Assembly (NCBI GenBank): GCA_965232845.1
Contig: OZ247428.1
Location: 1,159,535 to 1,223,534, forward strand
Source: Dehalococcoidia bacterium
GTDB lineage: Bacteria > Chloroflexota > Dehalococcoidia > Lucifugimonadales > UBA3495
Reading direction: 5' to 3'
Length of the DNA stretch: 64,000 bases
Numbering within the stretch: the stretch's first letter is position 1; each line of letters starts with the position of its first letter. A program made the position numbers and the translations under genes. The notes below the pieces were generated by a model, which was not told where the DNA came from, made no database searches, and saw only the letters and a program-made list of their open reading frames with translations. Below, in pieces: positions 26,072 to 35,642 of this stretch.

Positions 26072-27724
26072 ATGCCAAACATGACCGGCGCACAGGCCTT
26101 GGTTCAATCCCTGGTACGAGAGGGAGTGGAGGTCGTCTTTGGCTTGCCGGGGGTTCAGATAATGGAAGCCTATAACGCCTTTTACGATCAACCCGGCATA
26201 CGGCTCATAACGGTTCGCCACGAACAGTCAGCGGGATACATGGCAGACGGCTATGCCCGCACCACGGGCCGGGTGGGTGTAGCCCTGGTAGTGCCGGGCC
26301 CTGGGGCATTGAATGCCGCCGCTGCCATCGGAACGGCCTATGCCACATCATCCCCGGTACTGCTGGTTTCAGGTCAAATTGACAGTAACAGCCTGGGCCA
26401 GCGCAAAGGCGCTCTCCACGAAGTAAACGACCAACTGGACGTCTTTAAGCCCATAACCAAGTGGAATGCCCGGACCACCAGGCCGGAAGAAATTCCTCAC
26501 CTGGTGCACATGGCCATGCAGCATACTCTTGACGGCCGACCCAGGCCCGTTGAGATTGAGATTCCCTTTGACGTTTTGCCGGCATCCGCGGAAATGGAAC
26601 TGTTGGAGCGAGAGGGCACTGTAAAGCAGTCCCCGGATCCTGCCAAGGTGAAACAAGCCGCGGAGTTGCTAGCCAAGGCAGAACGACCCTTAATCTGGGC
26701 GGGCGGCGGATGCAGGGAAGCTGATATCACTACGGAGCTGGCGGACCTTGCCGAGGCCTTGAACGCCCCGGTTATAACTACCCCAGAAGGAAAGGGAGCC
26801 ATCGCCGAAAACCACCCACTGTCCCTGGGTACTTTCTACTATGGGCACGGCCCTGCCTATTATTCATTGCCCCAGGCCGATGTTATCCTGGCGATTGGCA
26901 GCCGAATGAACATGAACCCCCGAACTCCCTGGTCTCTCCATTCCGGCCAGACTGTTATCCAGATCGACGCCGACCCGGAAGAACTGGGACGGAACGTTGA
27001 GCCTCAGGTAGGCATGGTGGCGGACGCAAAACTGGGAGTCACCGAGTTGCTTGCCGAACTGGGGGGCTCTACTAAAGCCAGCCAGTGGAACGACGGAGAA
27101 ATGACCGAGATTCGGCGACAGGCTGCGGAGGACCTCCGAAGACTGGCCCCGCTCCAGGTGGAGATCATTGAAACAATGCGAGAGGAACTGGAGGATGACG
27201 CCATAATGGTGGCCGGGACAACCGAAGTCGCTTATTGGGGTCACCTGGCTTTTCCCGTGCTCAAGCCCAGGTCCTATTTGACCTCCAGCTATTTTGCCAC
27301 GTTGGGCTACGCCTTTCCCACAGCACTGGGCGCCAAGGTGGGCAACCCAGACCGGCAGGTGGTGGCCACAATTGGTGATGGCGGGTTTATGTATGCCAGC
27401 AGCGAACTCTCCACGGCCGTGCAGGAGGGCATTAACGTCGTGACGCTGGTTTTTAACAATGGCTTGTTGGGAGCCTCCAGGGCGGACCAGATGAATCGAT
27501 TCCAGGGGCGCACCATCGGCACGGAACTGCACAATCCCGACTTTGCCCGATTGGCCCAGGTTTACGGCGCGTTGGGACTGAAACTGGACGACCGCCGGGA
27601 ATTGGGTCCGGCACTTCATGATGCACTGAGGGCCAACAGGCCGGCGGTAATAGAGGTACCAATGCCCAATTTGCGACCACCATTCCAGACACCGCCCCAT
27701 GGGCTAGAAGCGGTTGTAGGCTGA
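26072..27724 (+). CDS. Thiamine-diphosphate-dependent enzyme (acetolactate synthase-like), second paralog
   Basis: MPNMTGAQALVQSLVREGVEVVFGLPGVQIMEAYNAF...GPGALNAAAAIGTAYATSSPVLLVSGQ and IGDGGFMY. The start was chosen at ATG 26072 after GAGGTGGG. The track ORF extends upstream over the divergent gene. Confidence 0.85.
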   Translation: MPNMTGAQALVQSLVREGVEVVFGLPGVQIMEAYNAFYDQPGIRLITVRHEQSAGYMADGYARTTGRVGVALVVPGPGALNAAAAIGTAYATSSPVLLVSGQIDSNSLGQRKGALHEVNDQLDVFKPITKWNARTTRPEEIPHLVHMAMQHTLDGRPRPVEIEIPFDVLPASAEMELLEREGTVKQSPDPAKVKQAAELLAKAERPLIWAGGGCREADITTELADLAEALNAPVITTPEGKGAIAENHPLSLGTFYYGHGPAYYSLPQADVILAIGSRMNMNPRTPWSLHSGQTVIQIDADPEELGRNVEPQVGMVADAKLGVTELLAELGGSTKASQWNDGEMTEIRRQAAEDLRRLAPLQVEIIETMREELEDDAIMVAGTTEVAYWGHLAFPVLKPRSYLTSSYFATLGYAFPTALGAKVGNPDRQVVATIGDGGFMYASSELSTAVQEGINVVTLVFNNGLLGASRADQMNRFQGRTIGTELHNPDFARLAQVYGALGLKLDDRRELGPALHDALRANRPAVIEVPMPNLRPPFQTPPHGLEAVVG

Positions 27725-27852
27725 CAGGCGCTCCATCTCGACTCCAATACTTAAGCCAGACCTTTCCGAAAGGACGCAGGATATTGCGCCAAATAGCTAT
27801 GCTAGAATATTGAGACCCGTTCAAGCAAGATCCCCAAAGTCTCAGATATCCA

Positions 27853-28266
27853 ATGACGATACATATTGATGTAGCAAGGATTACCCGCTACCGGAGCCAA
27901 AGTCTTCGCCTTCTCGAAAGCGCCATGTCAGAGCTGCGGGGAGGGCGCTGGAATCGTTCCGAAGAGTTGCTTTGGGGGAGCCTTTCCCTGGCAGTAAAAG
28001 GCGCTGCCCTCAGTCGCGGCGATTCTGTGGACGACGATGCGGCGGTCAAGGCTTATGCTCACCAATTGGGTGGCGACGTTCGGGACCGCCGGGTAAGGGA
28101 AGCATTTGAGCAACTTACCGCCCTTAGTGATGCCCTGGAACGGGCCCGGGAAACCCGCCGACGGGTTGAGGGCGTATTTCGCGCCCTGGATGATATCAGC
28201 GGAGCTATAGAAACACTTTGGGACATGGTGGACTCTAATATGGCTTCACAAGAACATGACATCTGA
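27853..28266 (+). CDS. Hypothetical helical protein, possibly HEPN / PaREP1-like
   Basis: 137 aa. SLRLLESAMSELRGGRWNRSEELLWGSLSLAVKGAALSRG resembles the N-terminal helix pair of PaREP1/HEPN-type proteins. This comes from my recollection only. Confidence 0.45.
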   Translation: MTIHIDVARITRYRSQSLRLLESAMSELRGGRWNRSEELLWGSLSLAVKGAALSRGDSVDDDAAVKAYAHQLGGDVRDRRVREAFEQLTALSDALERARETRRRVEGVFRALDDISGAIETLWDMVDSNMASQEHDI

Positions 28267-29674
28267 TCATATCCATACGCCAAGGCCACCACAGTTCAAC
28301 CTCACCGATATTTCCTCATTCAATAACGCCAAACCAGACACCGGCTTGGCTGGTAAGGTTGTCATCCAGACGCATGGCTGCAAGCTCAACCAGGCCGACA
28401 GCAGTATTCTGGCAAGGCAATTTCGGGAAGCAGGATATTGCGTGGTTGAACATGTTAGGGAAGCCGACATTTATGTGCTGAACACCTGCACCGTAACAGC
28501 CACGGCTGATTCCAAGGCCCGTCAGGCCTTACGCGCTGCCCGGCGGGAGAACCCCGACGCTGTGGTAGTAGCGGCGGGCTGTTATCCACAGCGGGCCGCT
28601 CAAGAATTGGCCCTTATGCCCGCGGTATCGCTCGTCGTAGGCAACGAGAAAAAGGACCAGTTAGTATCCCTGGCCGTTGCCGCTCACCGGGAAAAGGCAG
28701 GCAACCACTGGGAGCAAATGAACTCCGTTGCCGTGCGAAACATCGGGCAGAGCGTCTCCGGCAACCTTCCCGGACGAAGCCGGGGCATGGTGAAAATTCA
28801 GGAAGGCTGTGATCAGGTTTGCGTCTATTGCATTGTTCCCAAAGTGCGCGGACGAGAGCGCAGCATTCCTCCCCAGGAAGTCGTTCGCCAGGTAAGCTTG
28901 CGATTTGATGAGGGTTGTCGAGAAGTGGCATTAACCGGCACCCAACTCGGAACGTATGGTTTTGATATACCGGGAACAGACCTGAGGCAATTGATTGGCC
29001 AGATACTTACTGAGACGGACATCGACCGCTTAAGGGTGTCCTCTCTGCAACCCCAGGAAATTGATTCCGACCTGCTCCAGTTCTGGCTTGATGACTCCCG
29101 GCTATGCCCCCACTTTCACATACCACTGCAAAGTGGGTGCGATCAGACACTGAAAGCAATGAGGCGCCGATATACAACCAGGCAATTCGCAGACACCGTC
29201 TCCCTGGTGAGGCAGGTCATTCCCGGAGTCGCGATTACCGCAGATTTAATTACGGGCTTCCCCGGGGAAGGCGATAAGCAGTTCGAGGAAACCCTGGCTT
29301 TCGTTGAGGCGATGGAATTCAGCGATATTCACGTCTTTCCGTATTCAAAAAGACCGGGAACCTCAGCCGTTTACCTGCCGGGTCAAGTTTCCGAACCAAC
29401 AAAAAAAGAGAGGACGGCACGAGCCATCGAAGTGGGCCGGCAGTCCTTCGAAAACTTCAGGCTGAAACAGTTGGGAACAGAACGCCCGGTACTTTGGGAA
29501 GGAATGGGTGGGTCGAGGGGAGTCAGCCGGTTGCTGGGCCTGACTGACAACTACATCCGGGTGGAATTGCTGCCAAATGAAGGACAAGACAATTTGCACG
29601 AGATAGGCAATACAATCAGCTGGGCTGATTTGAAAGAATTGTCAGGGAATGTAGTCTTGGCGAGGCCTGCCTGA
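28256..29674 (+). CDS. mtaB: MiaB-like radical-SAM tRNA methylthiotransferase (MtaB type)
   Basis: The UPF0004 domain reads VVIQTHGCKLNQADS...NTCTVT. The radical SAM motif is KIQEGCDQVCVYCIVP. A TRAM-like C-terminus is present. Confidence 0.8.
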   Translation: MTSDHIHTPRPPQFNLTDISSFNNAKPDTGLAGKVVIQTHGCKLNQADSSILARQFREAGYCVVEHVREADIYVLNTCTVTATADSKARQALRAARRENPDAVVVAAGCYPQRAAQELALMPAVSLVVGNEKKDQLVSLAVAAHREKAGNHWEQMNSVAVRNIGQSVSGNLPGRSRGMVKIQEGCDQVCVYCIVPKVRGRERSIPPQEVVRQVSLRFDEGCREVALTGTQLGTYGFDIPGTDLRQLIGQILTETDIDRLRVSSLQPQEIDSDLLQFWLDDSRLCPHFHIPLQSGCDQTLKAMRRRYTTRQFADTVSLVRQVIPGVAITADLITGFPGEGDKQFEETLAFVEAMEFSDIHVFPYSKRPGTSAVYLPGQVSEPTKKERTARAIEVGRQSFENFRLKQLGTERPVLWEGMGGSRGVSRLLGLTDNYIRVELLPNEGQDNLHEIGNTISWADLKELSGNVVLARPA

Positions 29675-29756
29675 GTCAAACAGGTCTTTGGCTTTGCATA
29701 CTGAATGGACAAGGGGTGGACTGACCCGGCCAATTAGTGTAGGACCTTGATAGTAG

Positions 29757-29797
29757 AAAATGTAAGGCCCCGGAGAAGTTCCGGGGCCGTACATTTT
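29757..29797. terminator. Bidirectional intrinsic terminator between convergent genes
   Basis: AAAATGTA-A-GGCCCCGGA gaagt TCCGGGGCC-G-TACATTTT. The 17-bp stem has one mismatch and is flanked by an A-run and a T-run. Confidence 0.7.
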
Positions 29798-29834
29798 AGT
29801 ATCAGCGCTTGTGGTAGAAGGATAATTGCCGCTA

Positions 29835-30683
29835 TCAGTTCCTGTTCTTTATGGTCAAATCAACCGGCGTTACGTAAACCATCTCGCCCCGCCGCTCTAG
29901 GTACCCGCTCTTAACGTCGTGGCCGTGGGAGAAGCCCAGCAGCCAGCCATAGCGCTCAGCGTCCGTCAAAACTTCCCGTTTTTGTTCCAAAGTGTCCTGG
30001 GGAGAATAATCAAAGGCTGAGATCACTGGCAGGTTAAGGTGGAAGGGGGTCGGGACCAGGTCTCCCAGGATTACCAGGCGCTCACCACCATGGTTGAAGA
30101 GCACCATCTGGTGACCCTTGGCGGGCCCGTCGCACTGAATAACCTGAAGGCCTGGGAATATCTCGGTGTCTCCGTCCAGCAACTCCAGTTGACCACGTTC
30201 CGCAATGGGCATGAAATTATCTGTCCGATAAGCGTACTTTCCGCGTTCGCTGGGGTCGCATGCTTCTTCCCAAGAAGCACGCTGGACGTAATAGGTAGCC
30301 CTGGAAAAAGTGGGTACTATGGAGCCCGTGCGGTCCATGCGGGTGCAGCCGCCGCTATGTTCAAAATGCAAATGAGTAAGAACTACCGCGCTAATATCCT
30401 TCGGAGTCAGCCCTGCGTTCTTCAGTTCCTTGAACATCCGGCTGGGCACCATGCCATAGTATTCCTTGTCCTTTTCGTCCTGATTCGTTCCTACTCCCGC
30501 ATCAACCAACACCCACTTTCCTGCAACATTTAGAAGCCAACAGTTAAGGCCCAGGGTTATGCGGTTCTTACGGTCAGTTGAAACGATGTTTTCCCAGATA
30601 GTTTTAGGGAGTTGACCAAAGAGGCCTCCTCCGTCGATTTTTAGAGTTCCGTCGCAAACCACCCTTGCTTCAGTCAATACCAT
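29835..30683 (-). CDS. MBL-fold metallo-hydrolase
   Basis: 282 aa with VVLTHLHFEHSGG (an HxHxxH-type motif) and later H/D ligand positions. Confidence 0.8.
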   Translation of the reverse strand: MVLTEARVVCDGTLKIDGGGLFGQLPKTIWENIVSTDRKNRITLGLNCWLLNVAGKWVLVDAGVGTNQDEKDKEYYGMVPSRMFKELKNAGLTPKDISAVVLTHLHFEHSGGCTRMDRTGSIVPTFSRATYYVQRASWEEACDPSERGKYAYRTDNFMPIAERGQLELLDGDTEIFPGLQVIQCDGPAKGHQMVLFNHGGERLVILGDLVPTPFHLNLPVISAFDYSPQDTLEQKREVLTDAERYGWLLGFSHGHDVKSGYLERRGEMVYVTPVDLTIKNRN

Positions 30684-31237
30684 AAGCCCACCTCACTTCC
30701 AATTTCCGCCCAATCCGCTCCTGCACAACGGTGCCATTCTGTAGGATATCGGCTACCATTCCATTGCTATAACATGACTGTTTCCTGTTCTAAGGCGGTT
30801 TTGATTACTTGAGGGGTCGCTGAAAACCGTTTCCGTATTTGAACAGACAGAAACTTTTCCAGCAGACCTGATGGTCTTACTTGAGTGGCCTCACCAACAT
30901 GAAAGGGACCTCTTGAGGGCCCGGAAAGCAGCCAACCTGAGGAAGACGGCATTCAGTGGTAAAAGACCGGGAGCGGATCTGGAACCTTTGCTCCCGAGGG
31001 GACTCAACAATAAGAAATGGCTTTCCCCCTCAGTAACAGGTTAAAAGACTGCCCATTAGAGGTTGTCAAGGCAAATTTTTAAAAGTTTCTCAAAAATGAA
31101 AAAATAATCGTTATTATGTAATCCAAATCTATTTATTAACTTTTCTTACCTGCGAAGCACATTCCAGATACCGGCACAACTACAGGAGTCGAGCTATTTT
31201 CAATCTGTCGACAATCCGGCTGAGGGTCCACGAACTC

Positions 31238-31999
31238 TTGGAAGTGGGACCGGCAGGAGACCGGTTCAACCGGGCAATAGACTTTTTCATCATCACCCTC
31301 ATTGTTATCAACACGTCAGCCGAAATTTTGGAAACGGTTGACACCATCTATGAGGCGGCTCCCTCGTTTTTTCGAGGCCTGGAAATAGTTTCGATGGTGC
31401 TCTTCACCGTGGAATACTTGCTCAGAATTTGGTCCTGCACCGCGGACTCCCGATTCTCCCGTCCGATATATGGTCGACTTCGGTTCGCCGCCACGCCGCT
31501 GATTCTCATCGACTTCATAGCGTTAGTGCCTTTCTACCTGCCCTTCCTTGGACTTGGCGATTTGAGAGTTCTGAGAGCGGTACGACTGCTGGCCTGGGCC
31601 GCCAGGCTGGGAAGGTATTTTGAAGGAATACGAACCCTGGGCACGGTGCTCAGAAGCAAAATGTACGAGCTATTTACCGTGGTGCTTGTATTGGCGGTCA
31701 TGCTGATATTGGCCTCGGCAGTTATGTACTACGCTGAACACTCGGCACAACCGGATGACTTCGCCAGCATTCCTGAAGCAATGTGGTGGAGCATTATTAC
31801 CCTAACTACCGTGGGATACGGTGACGTCTCTCCGGTAACGCCCCTGGGAAAGGCTATGGCCGGCATTATTGCGGTAATGGGGATAGGCATGTTTGCACTG
31901 CCGGCGGGCATCCTGGGATCAGGGTTTCTCGCGGAAATCCAGCGGCAGAACCAGGGGCAGCGAGTTTGTCCTCACTGCGGGGAATTGTTCGACGCCTGA
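31238..31999 (+). CDS. Voltage-gated-type potassium channel (ion transport family)
   Basis: The selectivity filter is TLTTVGYGD. The S4-like helix is LRVLRAVRLLAWAARLGRY. The start is TTG, and the upstream in-frame sequence has no ATG/GTG/TTG. The C-terminus carries CPHCG. Confidence 0.8.
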   Translation: MEVGPAGDRFNRAIDFFIITLIVINTSAEILETVDTIYEAAPSFFRGLEIVSMVLFTVEYLLRIWSCTADSRFSRPIYGRLRFAATPLILIDFIALVPFYLPFLGLGDLRVLRAVRLLAWAARLGRYFEGIRTLGTVLRSKMYELFTVVLVLAVMLILASAVMYYAEHSAQPDDFASIPEAMWWSIITLTTVGYGDVSPVTPLGKAMAGIIAVMGIGMFALPAGILGSGFLAEIQRQNQGQRVCPHCGELFDA

Positions 32000-32001
32000 C
32001 T

Positions 32002-32021
32002 TTTGGCAGCTACCTGCCAAA
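32002..32021 (+). terminator. Hairpin after the K+ channel gene
   Basis: TTTGGCAG-ctac-CTGCCAAA, followed by the weak T tract GTTTGAATAGTT. Confidence 0.4.
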
Positions 32022-32079
32022 GTTTGAATAGTTCCAAGAGGGGCGCCTAGTCGCAACCCGGTCCAGGTGTTGTTATACC

Positions 32080-32102
32080 ATTGAAGAAGGGCACCGAACT
32101 GA
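32080..32102 (-). terminator. Intrinsic terminator after gltX
   Basis: GGGCACCGA-actga-TCGGTGCCC. On the minus strand it is followed by TTCTTCAATGG. Confidence 0.55.
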
Positions 32103-32204
32103 TCGGTGCCCTTGCAACTCTTGATTCAATTTGCTCAGGTCGATCCCATTGATGGGATATTGAGCAACGGTACGAAAGGACGCGTGCGACTACCCTTCAA
32201 ATAA

Positions 32205-33752
32205 TCAGCCGTTCAACTGGGACTTAGCCCATGCCAGTCGTGACATTACTCTGTCCCGGCCCAGCACTTCCATAGTTTCAAACAACGGAGGAGAGACATT
32301 GCGCCCGGTAACTGCCCAACGAAGAGTCCCAAAGAACCGTCGAGGGGTCAACTCCAGTTCTTCACCCAGGGCCCGGAGCCGCTCCTCCAGCGCGCTGGTG
32401 CTGAAATCGGCGTCCTCCAGCACTGTGAGAGACCGGTCCAGAGCCTTTGCAGCCTCTCCTTCGGACATTCCTCGCTGCACCAGATTAGCGGGATCGTACA
32501 CGGCCTGCTCTTCCAGGAAATAGGCGACCATGTCCGGCGCTTCTGAAAGCAATTTAAGCCTTTCCTGGATTAGCGGAACGATCCGAAGCAGATATTCGGC
32601 GTCCACAGGCAAGAGATCGGGGGCCAATCCCTTTTCAAGGAAGGGGATCATTGCTTCGGCCAAATCCTTAGGCGGCATGTCTCGAACATATATGCCGTTC
32701 ATCCACGACAGCTTTTCCCGATCGAAGATTGCCGCCGGCTTGCCCACCCGGTCGAGGGTAAAACTGTCGACTACTGTCTGGGAAGCCATTATCTCGGTCT
32801 TGTCATCCAGCGACCAGCCCAGCAGGACCATGAAATTCCGCAGTGCATCTGGAAGAAACCCGTCGTCACGGTACTCAAGTATGGACGTCGCGCCGTGTCG
32901 CTTGGAAAGCTTTGCCCGGTCTGGTCCCAATATCATTGGCAGATGCCCGTGCTCCGGAGGTGTATAGCCAAGGGCACGATACAGTTGCAAATGCCTGGGA
33001 GCACTGGACAGCCATTCCTCGGCGCGCAGAACATGGCTGATCTGCATGAGGTGGTCATCGGTCACGACTGCCAAGTGATAGGTGGGGAAGCCGTCCGACT
33101 TCAGCAGTATGAAGTCATCTACCAGTTCGTTTTGCCACTCCACCTCATCTCGAATCAGGTCATTCAACCGGGTAACGCCGGTGTCCGGCATGGCGAAACG
33201 AACTACTGAAGGGGCATTTTCACTCTCGTAGGCGTTCTTTTCGCCGTCGCTGAGGTGGCGGCAGTGTCCGTCGTAGCCCAAGGCCTGCTTGCTCCGTTCT
33301 TGCTCCGTCCTCACGGCAGCCAAACGCTCTCGGGTGCAATAGCATCGATATGCGTCTCCCTGCTGTATCAGCCTCTCGGCCTCGGCGTGGTACAGGTGAA
33401 GTCGTTCGGACTGGAAGTAAGAACCGAAGTCCCCACCCACCCGGGGCCCTTCATCCCAGTCGATATCCAGCCACTCCAGGCCGTCCAGTATACCGTCCAC
33501 TGCACCCGTTACGAGCCTCTCCTGGTCAGTGTCCTCAATACGAACAATGAACTTTCCCCCGTGGTGCCTGGCAAACAGCCAGTTGAAGAGGGCAGTGCGA
33601 ATGTTTCCGATATGGGGCAATCCAGTGGGGCTAGGTGCATACCTGACACGAACTTCGTTGGGCAAAACTTGCCTCCTCGGCAACGGGCGCTGGGGTCCAG
33701 CAACAAGATCTCCAGGTGGAACTGCGGCTTCAGCAGAATCAGGCCGGGTCAC
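32205..33752 (-). CDS. gltX: Glutamate--tRNA ligase
   Basis: VRVRYAPSPTGLPHIGNIRTALFNWLFARHHGGKFIVRIEDTDQER and KLSKRHG (KMSKS-type). Confidence 0.9.
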   Translation of the reverse strand: MTRPDSAEAAVPPGDLVAGPQRPLPRRQVLPNEVRVRYAPSPTGLPHIGNIRTALFNWLFARHHGGKFIVRIEDTDQERLVTGAVDGILDGLEWLDIDWDEGPRVGGDFGSYFQSERLHLYHAEAERLIQQGDAYRCYCTRERLAAVRTEQERSKQALGYDGHCRHLSDGEKNAYESENAPSVVRFAMPDTGVTRLNDLIRDEVEWQNELVDDFILLKSDGFPTYHLAVVTDDHLMQISHVLRAEEWLSSAPRHLQLYRALGYTPPEHGHLPMILGPDRAKLSKRHGATSILEYRDDGFLPDALRNFMVLLGWSLDDKTEIMASQTVVDSFTLDRVGKPAAIFDREKLSWMNGIYVRDMPPKDLAEAMIPFLEKGLAPDLLPVDAEYLLRIVPLIQERLKLLSEAPDMVAYFLEEQAVYDPANLVQRGMSEGEAAKALDRSLTVLEDADFSTSALEERLRALGEELELTPRRFFGTLRWAVTGRNVSPPLFETMEVLGRDRVMSRLAWAKSQLNG

Positions 33753-33781
33753 TCACTATGTACAACGGCGAAAACCGGTTC

Positions 33782-35488
33782 TTAACTACCTTTCGACCCT
33801 TGAGACTGCTCTATTCTGGCCCATGAGTCTCGCAGAGAGACAGTACGGTTGAATACTGGGGAATCTGGCTTGGAATCCCTGGAGTCCACGCAAAAATACC
33901 CTTGCCTCTCGAATTGGAATCTGCTGCCTGGCGTGGCTTGGGACAGGCTGGGCTCCACCCGACAGTCGGCAATAACTTGTAGGGAGTCCGGGTTCAGAAG
34001 AGATATGAAATCTCTGCTGCCCTCTTCGCTCTCGCCTTCCGGGTCCACCAGCAGGTAGTCGTACAGCCGCACTTGAGCCTGTAAAGAGTGTGGCACGGAC
34101 ACCCAATGCAGTGTCCCCCTCACCCGCCGGCCATCGGGGGTTCCACCCCCGACCGACTCAGGGTCGTAGGTGCAGCGCAACTCGGTAATTTCGCCGGTAT
34201 CCGGATCTCTTACAACTTCCCGGCAGGTAATGTAACAGGCATACCGGAGCCTGACTTCCCTCCCTGGAGCCAGTCTGAAGAAACGGGAAGGTGGATCTTC
34301 GCGAAAGTCGTCCCGCTCAATGTAGATTTCTCTTGTGAATGGGACTTTTCGTGTACCCATGCCGGAGTCTTCAGGGTTATTGACAGCCTCAAACTCCTGG
34401 ACTTGCCCTTCAGGATAGTTCTCAATGATGACTTTCAATGGATTCAGTACGGCCATCACGCGAGGAGCGTTGCGGTTCAGGTCCTCGCGAATGCAATGCT
34501 CCAGCAGGGCCATATTAACCACCGTATCCCGCTTGGAAATGCCGATGTGGTCGCAGAAGGTCCGAATCGCCTCGGGAGTGTAACCCCGTCGCCGCAGGCC
34601 GCTTATGGTAGGCATTCTGGGGTCGTCCCAGCCGGAAACATAGCCGCCCTCTACCAACTGAAGAAGGCGCCGTTTGCTCATAATAGTGTTGGTGAGGTTA
34701 AGGCGGGCAAACTCTATCTGCTGGGAGCGGTAGACATCAAGCTCTTCCAGAGTCCAGTCATAAAGAGGGCGATGGTCTTCAAATTCCAGTGTGCACAGGG
34801 AATGAGTAATCTTTTCGATGGAGTCGGAGAGGGCATGGGCGTAATCGTACATGGGGTAAATGCACCACTTATCCCCGGTACGGTGATGGGTGGCCCGGCG
34901 AATACGGTAAAGGGTCGGATCCCGCATGTTGAGATTTGGCGAAGTCATATCAATCTTCGCGCGCAACACGTGGGCCCCATCCTCAAACTCGCCGTCCCGC
35001 ATACGACGGAAAAAATCAAGATTTTCCTCAACGGACCGGTTCCGGAAGGGACTCTCTTTTCCCGACTCGGTTAGAGTCCCCCGGTATTCCCTGATTTCAT
35101 CCGCGGTAAGGCTGTCCACGTAAGCTTTTCCATCGAGGATCAACTGTTCGGCATACCCGTACAATGCCTCAAAGTAGTCGGAAGCGTAGAAAAGGTTGGT
35201 GCCCCAGTCAAACCCCAGCCACCGTACGTCCTCTTGAATCGAGTTGATGTACTCAATGTCTTCCCTGAGCGGGTTGGTATCGTCGAAACGAAGGTGGCAG
35301 ACTCCGCCCGAATACTCGGAGGCCACTCCGAAGTTCAGGCAAATGGACTTGGCGTGACCTATATGGAGGTAGCCGTTGGGTTCGGGTGGAAACCGAGTTA
35401 CAACCCGTCCATCGTACTTCTCGGATTGAAGGTCTCCTTCAACTATGTTGCGAATGAAATCGGTGGTATTGTTGTCCGGGGAGGTCAT
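33782..35488 (-). CDS. glnS: Glutamine--tRNA ligase
   Basis: [45 protein letters not shown] and IMSKRRL, with a C-terminal beta-barrel anticodon-binding region. Confidence 0.9.
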   Translation of the reverse strand: MTSPDNNTTDFIRNIVEGDLQSEKYDGRVVTRFPPEPNGYLHIGHAKSICLNFGVASEYSGGVCHLRFDDTNPLREDIEYINSIQEDVRWLGFDWGTNLFYASDYFEALYGYAEQLILDGKAYVDSLTADEIREYRGTLTESGKESPFRNRSVEENLDFFRRMRDGEFEDGAHVLRAKIDMTSPNLNMRDPTLYRIRRATHHRTGDKWCIYPMYDYAHALSDSIEKITHSLCTLEFEDHRPLYDWTLEELDVYRSQQIEFARLNLTNTIMSKRRLLQLVEGGYVSGWDDPRMPTISGLRRRGYTPEAIRTFCDHIGISKRDTVVNMALLEHCIREDLNRNAPRVMAVLNPLKVIIENYPEGQVQEFEAVNNPEDSGMGTRKVPFTREIYIERDDFREDPPSRFFRLAPGREVRLRYACYITCREVVRDPDTGEITELRCTYDPESVGGGTPDGRRVRGTLHWVSVPHSLQAQVRLYDYLLVDPEGESEEGSRDFISLLNPDSLQVIADCRVEPSLSQATPGSRFQFERQGYFCVDSRDSKPDSPVFNRTVSLRDSWARIEQSQGSKGS

Positions 35489-35642
35489 TCTGGTCGATTC
35501 CTCTGGCTTGTTTTCGTAGTAATTGGTGTAACGATCTTTCCTATTTTAGCACGTCAGAAAGAGGGAGAAAAAAGTCGATGAGGGTATGTTTATGGAAACT
35601 TGATAGCGGTCGGCAGGGCGGCCTGTCTCAATTGCACCCAAT

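Noticed and set aside
30767-30952. 61-aa minus-strand ORF in the MBL / K+ channel intergenic region
   Set aside because: It has no RBS, sits within the predicted structured region, and resembles no known family.
30880-30960. c-di-AMP (ydaO-type) riboswitch or SRP-RNA-like motif upstream of the K+ channel (CCGGAAAGCAGCCAACCUGAGG)
   Set aside because: Only a short resemblance to CAGCUAACCUCGUAAG / CCGGAAGGAAGCAGCC exists. The other conserved blocks (GGGGACCCA, GGGGUGAAUC, or the SRP GGAA tetraloop helix) are missing and the spacing is far too short.
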